Assembly (NCBI RefSeq): GCF_004010195.1
Contig: NC_057754.1
Span: 2,841,089 to 2,881,664, forward strand
DNA: 40,576 nt
Direction: 5' to 3'
From: Chiloscyllium plagiosum
Lineage: Eukaryota
The position numbers and the translations under genes were made by a program. The notes beneath the pieces are model-generated. The model was not told where the DNA came from. It saw nothing but the letters and a program-made list of their open reading frames with translations, and ran no database searches. Shown here one piece after another: positions 33,377-40,576 of the stretch (position 1 is the stretch's first letter; each line of letters starts with the position of its first letter).

Positions 33377-34540
33377 TATTATAAATACAAAACCAGATTA
33401 TCAGTAGTATACATGCACAGATAGAAGACCTTCATTTTCTGGAGTTTCTCTGACCTCGAGTGACTTGGTCCTAACCAAACACCCTCGTAAATTATAACGT
33501 GCATCCGAGGTAAGCTTCTCTCCATCAACCACCAACAATTACATACACAGCAACTGAAGATCTGTGAGGTATATCCTGGTGAAACGTCCCTCTGTCATCC
33601 ACCGCCAGACACCGGAACCTAGGATTTGTGGGACCTTGCCTGGTGCTCGGTTGGACTCAGTGACATTTATAGGAAGTATTTAACTAGTGACAAAATGTAA
33701 TCCCAACAGAGGCCTGGTGCACAGGGGCTCCCTCCCTCAGTCAGCCAAGACGTCAGGGGGATACGAGCACAAGTTAGGTCCAGGGAAACTGTTCTGGTTT
33801 GAAAAGAAAGTTCACAGTCCACAAGAATGCAGGTGTCGTTGGGTATTTTCACTCTTTAGCTTTACATTGTCTCTAAATATGAAGCCATTCCCTCTTGGGC
33901 ACAACGACAGGACTAGAAACCTTTTGAAAATTTCTGAATATATTTTACATTTATTTAAAGAAGTGTCCGACGAGTCAGTATTTGGTGAAACAACACTATT
34001 TCAAATTGAGCACCACACAAAGCCTAAGAGAGGAAGACTCTGTCAACACCCAGCTCGCAATGTTAGCTGACAACAAATCAGGGTAGCAAGACAGCCTTTG
34101 CTCGGCAGTTTCCGCTGAGCACAGGGTAGGGCTCAAGCTAAAATCATTCACAGGCACCTCCACAGCCAGGAAGATGGGGAGAAATGTTTTCACACATGGG
34201 ACAAGCATTTCAGCTGATAGCTCCCAGTAAACAGACAGTTTGAGAGGTGAGAAAAGGCTGTTCTTACAGATGTACTGGCAATAACTAATCCTGTCTCTCT
34301 CCCTCTCTGTGTACAAACATGGCTTCAGTTAAAACCAAGAAGGAACAGAAATGCCAGATGCAGCTGAAAAACAGTCCAGTGTTTGGAGAAAACTGTCGCT
34401 TTTAATTTAGAAATCTGGCTTTCCTTCAGAGATTTAACTGGTTCCAGACACTCCTTGGTACTGTCCCATCGAGCATGGCGTGTGTAAATCACTGAAGGTG
34501 GGGCGGGTGGGGGAGGGGAGAGGACATAGAGAGAGCGTGA

Positions 34541-34547
34541 NNNNNNN
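34541..34547. other. Small assembly gap (7 N)
   Basis: Run of N. Confidence 1.
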
Positions 34548-36049
34548 GATTCCAGGCGTTGCGAAAACCCTGGGAGATTTATGGGAGAGCCTGCACAGCC
34601 TCAAACTGGATACAGCCAGTTCTACAGCAGCTGCAGGCAGAGTCACTCTGGGAGTTGGGCCAACAGCAAACTGGGCCCAAGCCGCTGGAGGTTCAAGGAA
34701 GGGGGATGCGGGGAGGTGGTGGGCGATTTAAGTGAAGAAACTCTTAAAACAAAGTCACAACACTCAATAAAAAAAACAGAAGTAGACCCCTGGCTGAAGT
34801 TCCCCCTCCCACTTGAAAACCTGATTTAAAATTCAGGCTGATCATGGAACAGCCTTAGTACAGGGTCCGGGAGTCAGCCTACACCCTTCTAATGGATTCG
34901 GAGACGGTGGGGGCAGCAAGTTGAATTCAGTTTGGCTTCTCCTCAAAAATAGAGTTTCTCAGCAGTAGAAAGGACCTTGAGGACAAATCAACAGTGCAAT
35001 TATGGCTGAGGACAGGTCCCACTGCCCCGCTTTCTGATTAAATAATTGGCAGGTAACAGTAAATCCATCAGAAAAGTTATGCAAGCAACGTGACAGTAAG
35101 GAGGGAGTTATTCTTTTTAAAGCAGTCAGGCAAATGAAGGTCAGTGAGATGCCAATGTGCGTGTAACCCTAGATCCCAGCGCTGGTTATAGACTGTTGAC
35201 TGGGAACAGAAATTCCTGCCTTGCGTGGCAGAGGTTCCTCAGCGTTCACTTCCAGGCGGCAATGTCTAGGTTCAAACTCTGACAACGCCAGCGATCGGCC
35301 GGCTCTCAGAGAATGGAATGAAGCAACATGGCCAACTGCAGCCTCTTGCCTCTATTTATTTTCACAGGCTCGCAGGTACCTCCCTGCACAGCCACTTAAA
35401 CAGGAAACATTCAGCATTTTCTCACCACAGGCCCCAGCTCACCCAGAGCACTGAAAGGGTTAATGAACGCGACACAGAGCTGGTACACAGTGTGCTGGCT
35501 GACACACAAACACATCACCAGGCTCTTGGCAGGCAAACAGTGCCCCCTGGTAGCAGTCTGTTGCACGTCCTAAAACAGACACCGTCAAGCCTAACAAAAG
35601 CACTATCACAATTAGGTAAAGCTTAGCTCAACAGGTCAATTTATACTCAGCACTTTCTCCTGCAACCACCCTTTCATATTCCCCCTATGTCCTTTGATTC
35701 ACTTCTCCCTCATGCATAACTAGCTCTGCCTTAAATGCAGTACAAGATACACTTCAACCACCCCCTTTCGGGGTTTGTAATAGAGTTCCTCCTGAATTAC
35801 TGATGGATTTGTAAACGATTTGTTTTCCATCAATGGTGCTCTGTTCTGGACTCCCCTTGAGTCTACTGAATTCCATCATCATCTGAACATTTTCCAGTGG
35901 ATTAGCCCTTTCTATTCTAGAGAAAATACTTCCCTGAAAGGTCTAACCATGAGACTGAGGCCTGAGAGTGACATGATTCTCTCCTGATCACTGCTGGTGG
36001 GGGTGCTGAAAAATAACCACAAAGGGTAGATTGGGTTCAGAAAAGTTTC

Positions 36050-36430
36050 CATTGTTCAACAACCTGTATCCATCCCTTTTTAAATTGTATATACTTTTAA
36101 TCACGATGCCCCTCAGCCCCCAACACTCTCGTGAAAACAAGCCAAATTTGTTCAACCTGTCCTCGTAGCTAATACACTCTGATCCTCTTCAAGCCTCCAC
36201 ACCCTTCCTGGTGTGGCAACAAGATCAGTGCACACCACTCTAAATGACTCTGACTAAAGTGACTTGTCAACATGTATACTCAATGCCCCCTGGCTCTTGA
36301 AGGCAAGCACGTGGTAAGTATTCGTTTATCAACTTATCCACTTGTGCTCACACTTTCAGGGAGCTAGAGACTTGCACCCTGAAATCCCTCTGCACATGGA
36401 AGCTCCAAAGGTTCCTACCATTTGCTGTAG
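36050..36430 (-). mobile_element. Highly degenerate CR1 fragment
   Basis: cccctcagccccc..ctctcgtgaaaacaagccaaatttgttcaacctgtcctcgtagct...aaggcaagcac...aacttatccacttgtgct. Confidence 0.55.
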
Positions 36431-38659
36431 TCTCATCCGTACAGCTTTCACCAGCTCCCTCATAACAGTGGGAGTGGGAACCCGCAGGAATACAGTTCAT
36501 GCAACCTCAGACGCGGGTGACAGAAATGCCTGTGCAGGTTCACAAATACAACCTGAAGCACCTGGCTGGCATCGGATCCTATTTACATTAACAGATTCCT
36601 AGTCCCACTTCCTTTGGATGGGGACTACTGGTTGGTCCTATCGTTTATCTCGGGGCAGGGCGGGCACAGGGGAGTAAAGGGCAAGAGCTTTAAGATCAGC
36701 TAGGGTATCCCAGAGAAGGAATGGGGTTAAAAACTAGAAGGGCACTGCTCCCATGCCCATTAAAGATCCCATTGCTAGAACGCCAACGAGGATTTGGTCA
36801 GCTCTGATGGTAGTCAAAGTGCACCTAGTCCTGCGTAATGACTAACCTTACTGCCCAAGGTATCAAACTGGCTGACCCCATAAAGAACCAGCTCCTTTCC
36901 GATAAAAACAAGGTAGGGTTACTGTGAGGCAGGGAAAACAAAATGCAACATTCCCTGAGGGAGCACCATTTTGAACCATGAGCAGCTGGGCTCACATCCT
37001 GACTGGGCCCTCTCACCAACACTATCTAACAGTCTCCAAAGATGGGCCAAAGGGCCCCTGCCATATCAACAGGAGGCTGGAACATTAGTGAAAGGGTTAA
37101 AGGCAGGCAAGGGAAGAAAGCAGGGGGAAAAGAAAACAAATCTCTGAACCATGAGATGATGCCTCAGACACAATTGAGGTCCCACTGCCAGGCTGCTTTG
37201 TGAGGGAAGTTTTAGCTGTTTGGCCAAGACTGCTTTCTCAAACTGGGAATAGAGCCAACCTGGAACGATTAGGGAATAACCCTTTGACTGCCACATGCTC
37301 AATGCAAACTCCAAACAAACACAAGCCCCCCTGTACAATTATACACCAGGAAGAACAGCTCCAGTGGTATTGTCCCTACTTCTGGACCAGAAGGTGCATT
37401 ATCTGCAAACAGATCTAATGTAGAAAGAGCATGCAGCCCATCTAAAGAAACTACCTGCCATCATTTGATTTTTTTTTAAAACAGCTCCAGGATTTAGGGT
37501 TCTACTATTTCTATACAGGGTCTGTTTTAATCCTTTAAGAATCTGTCAGACATCAGCCCTAAACTTACCACTTACAAGCTGAAACTATGCATGCTCCTTA
37601 TCCAACTCCTCAAATTAAAGTAACACCAGTGTTTAACAATTACCCACTCCAAGCCCACATACCTGCTCTCCAGACATTCCACCCCTCTACCCTGAACTGT
37701 CCAATGCCATCCTTGTGCCCTGCAGTCAGCGTGCAGCGATGTCCGAGTAACGCACTGTACCAATTAAACCTGGTCCCTCGCTATGGTTTAGGCTTCCTGG
37801 TAACACATGGACATCCACCCAAAGGTGCTCACCCTCTATCTCGGGTAACAAATCCCCTTATTAAAAGGGCACCCCAGCACCCTTCAAAATGTAATGAGGT
37901 TACTTGCCTCCACCACCTCATAGGAAGCAGCTGGGGAGCGGCCTGGAAATCATTACTTCAAATAATGGTAGAGACAGAAACTTCCACCGTATCCCAAAAA
38001 AAAACAGAATATGCCCTTATGGTGCCACAACTTAGTGGTGCACGGACCAACAGCTAGAGGTGGGGTTAGGTTAGAGCGCCCCCTTCGGGTAGTATGGACA
38101 CAATGGGCTGAATAGTCTTTGTCGGCATAAATCTTCCTCAAATGGTTTAGTCCATCAATGGTTGGGAATGATGCTGGAGGGTGCATATTCCATGTTAAAG
38201 TGCCACAGGGAATTAGAAAAACCTTTTCATCCCACTGACGAGAGGATTACAGGAGGAAATAGTACCTGTTTAATTAATAGCCAATTGCTATTTGATAGCA
38301 AACAGCTTAGGCTTAAAAGTCAAACGGTGTAATAGACTGCCTCCTCACCTGGGGCCAACTGCACAGGCATAGTAAACACGGGCAAGTTAGGTCACCAGGA
38401 ACACTCACCCACTGTGGAAACCTGCACTGCCTTCCCAGCATAAGGCAAGGGGGACAAGGGCAATTGCGGTAGTTCAAACAACTCAGGTCAAGATTAAATC
38501 CAGGGAAGAGGCATCCCAACTACCCTCTGGGGAACTGAGGGGCCAAAACGGGGTCCTAGGGCCTCGGCCTGACAATACAATGTTGAAGAGAAGTGGCGGC
38601 AGACCTTGACAGGGCCAAGGATGGTTTGGTAGTTGAACAGCTGTGGAAACTTCACCCGT

Positions 38660-38980
38660 GGGCAGCACTGTGGCGTTAGCACTGCTGCCTCATAGCGCGA
38701 GGGACCCGGGTTCAATTCCCACCTTGGGCAACTGTGTGTGTGGAGTTTGCACATTCTCCCAATGTCTGCGTGGGGTTTCCTCTGGTTTCCCCCCCCACAG
38801 TCCAAAGATGTGCCGGTTAGGTGAATTGACCATGCTAAATTGCCCCGTAGTGTTAGGTGCATTAGTCAGGGGTAAATGTAGGGGAATGGGTCTGGGTGGG
38901 TTGCTCTTCAGAGGGTAGGTGTGGACTTGTTGGGCCGAAGGGCCTGTTTCCACACTATTGGGAATCTAATCTAATCTAAT
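38660..38980 (+). mobile_element. HE1-type V-SINE, full length
   Basis: gttagcactgctgcctcatagcgcgagggacccgggttcaattccc...gtttccacactattgggaatctaatctaatctaat. Confidence 0.92.
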
Positions 38981-39107
38981 TAACCCGAGGCCAGAAACGA
39001 TATCAGAAAGGGAGGAATCAAGTGCAATCACTACTGATCAGTGAACAGGCAAGATCTCGGTACAAGGCAAGATCTCGGACTCAAAATGCCATAAAAATTA
39101 AAAGGAG

Positions 39108-39435
39108 GGCTAGCTCAGTGGTATTATCACTGGACTTTAATCCAGAGACCCAGATAATGTTCTGGGGACCCAGCGAGGCAGGTGGTAGAATTTGAATTCA
39201 ATTTATTAAAAAATCTGGCATTAAGAGTCTAATGATGACCATTGTTAATTGTCAGGAAAAACCCATCTGGTTCACTCACGCCCTTACGGGAGGGAATCTG
39301 CCACCTTTATCTGGTTTGGCCTATGTTTTGACTCCAGACCTCCTGTACATATCGTCATGTAACAGTCTACTGCACAATTAGGGATGGGGTAACAAATGCG
39401 AGTCTAGCTTCATCCCGTGAATGAATTTTTAAAAA
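39108..39435 (+). mobile_element. tRNA-derived SINE with ancient LINE-type tail (family not named)
   Basis: tagctcagtggtattatcactggactttaatcc head, ccatctggttcact...tgactccagacc core, caattagggatgggg..acaaatgc tail. Related pieces at 25395/26033, 26460-26660 (minus) and 27640-27810. Confidence 0.65.
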
Positions 39436-39969
39436 TATTAAAAGCGAGGTAGTTTGGTTATCATTAACGGCAAAAAGGAAGGCACGCTTGCCAAAACACC
39501 ATGGCGTTCTGCTCTTCTTGGAAATGCCGGCTTGAAGTCCCAACCAAACAGAGAAGGCAAGGTTTTGATTTAACACCTCACCCAAACAAGCAGCAAAATG
39601 TGGCATAGGAACTCTCCCCAACAGCTTTGTGGGGATCGCTACACTACACAGGCTGTAGCAGCTCACCACCACCTGCACAGGCAATTAGGGATTGGAAATT
39701 AATGCTGACCCAGTCAATGGTCAGAAAATTGAACTAAATACTCCCTCACTCAAGGGTAAGACTAATGCTATTGCATCCTCAAAATTCCAACATCCCCACT
39801 TCTGCAAGAGAGCCCCAACAGAATTATACCGTTTCCTCTTCCATCTACGCCTGGCCCATTTTGCCCTGTCTCCAGGGTCTCAGTGCTAGAGGTTCAAGGT
39901 TGTCTCTTCAGTACACTCGTCACAAGAGGATTGAGCATCCTACCACCTCTGTTATTATCATCGGCTCAC

Positions 39970-40220
39970 CCCTCATTTCAGTCAGAAAGTGTAACCACCG
40001 TTTGGAGAGTGTAAAGTCCAGGCCAACAGAGAAGTGGTACCAAATGAAGCGTGGCCTGCCCCTCAGGTAGAGGTCAAAGATCCTGCGCACGATCTCAATG
40101 TCCCAGAAAGTAATCACCCCCTCATCCAACATCACAGAAAAGATAAATCTGGCTAGTCAACTTGCAGTTCTAAGACCTCGTCACCACCTTTTTCTACAAC
40201 AGCAGCTACACAAACTACTT
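39970..40220 (+). mobile_element. Degenerate Deu-domain SINE
   Basis: ctgcccctcaggtagaggtcaaagatcc...cctcatccaacatcacagaaaagataaatctgg. Confidence 0.5.
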
Positions 40221-40576
40221 CTGGTCTCTTTCCTATCGGAAGGATGCTGTAAAGCTTGAAAGGGTTCAGAAAAGATGTACTAGGATGTTGCCAGGGTTCG
40301 AGGATTTGAGCTACAGGGAGAGGTTGAACAGGCTGGGGCTGTTTTCCTTGGAGTGTTGGAGACTGAGGGGAGACTTTATTGAGGTTTATAAAATCATGAG
40401 AGGCATGGATAGGATAAACAGACAGTCTTTTCCCTGGGGTCGGGGAGTCCAGAACTAGAGGGATATAGGTTTAGGGCGAGAGGGGAAAGATATAAGAGAG
40501 ACCTAAGGGGCAACTTTTTCACACAGAGGGTGGTACGTGTATGGAATGAGCTGCCAGAGGAAGTGGTGGAGGCTGG
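40220..40576 (+). mobile_element. CR1/HER1 ORF2 C-terminal fragment running off the window
   Basis: ttctggtctctttcctatcggaagg...gagacctaaggggcaactttttcacacagagggtggtacgtgtatggaatgagctgccagagg. Confidence 0.92.

Noticed and set aside
34330..34430. Possible further Penelope-like hammerhead relic on minus
   Set aside because: Only CTGAAGG and a vague resemblance; stem II and the GAAA core are not recoverable.
35790..35885. Possible C/D snoRNA (ATGATGA on minus at ~35876-35882)
   Set aside because: No CTGA D box at a suitable distance, no terminal stem, and it lies in degenerate CR1-like sequence.
38660..38725. tRNA gene (A and B boxes)
   Set aside because: It is the tRNA-derived head of an HE1 SINE and continues into the V-domain and tail; the same holds for the other copies.
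39047..39078. Short direct repeat aggcaagatctcgg x2
   Set aside because: Simple local duplication with no further structure.
33400..40576. Upstream EEF1G exon (KDPFAHLPK region)
   Set aside because: No matching minus-strand coding sequence was found by eye; presumably beyond the window.

Overview
Repeat-rich vertebrate genomic DNA. The repeat complement (HER1/CR1 LINEs, HE1 V-SINEs, Deu-domain SINEs) points to a cartilaginous fish, probably a shark. The only firmly supported gene is the 3' end of EEF1G on the minus strand: three coding exons at 32726-32898, 31490-31614 and 30367-30525, plus AATAAA at 30250-30255; no upstream exon was found in the window. A short minus-strand exon candidate at 2013-2082 encodes MAMERNSKAAE and resembles the first coding exon of periaxin (PRX/AHNAK family). 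The rest is mostly CR1 and L2-like LINE fragments, SINEs, microsatellites and two assembly gaps (1216-1715, 34541-34547). Two signals stand out. (1) About a dozen Penelope-like element fragments from at least three families carry minimal hammerhead ribozyme motifs, several as inverted pairs flanked by target-site duplications. (2) A 33-bp satellite at 1-1215 has higher-order structure, and its monomer matches the core of a Deu-type SINE copy elsewhere in the window. Repeat family names come from recalled consensus sequences and motifs; no database search was run. Most ORFs in the track are repeat-derived or spurious.
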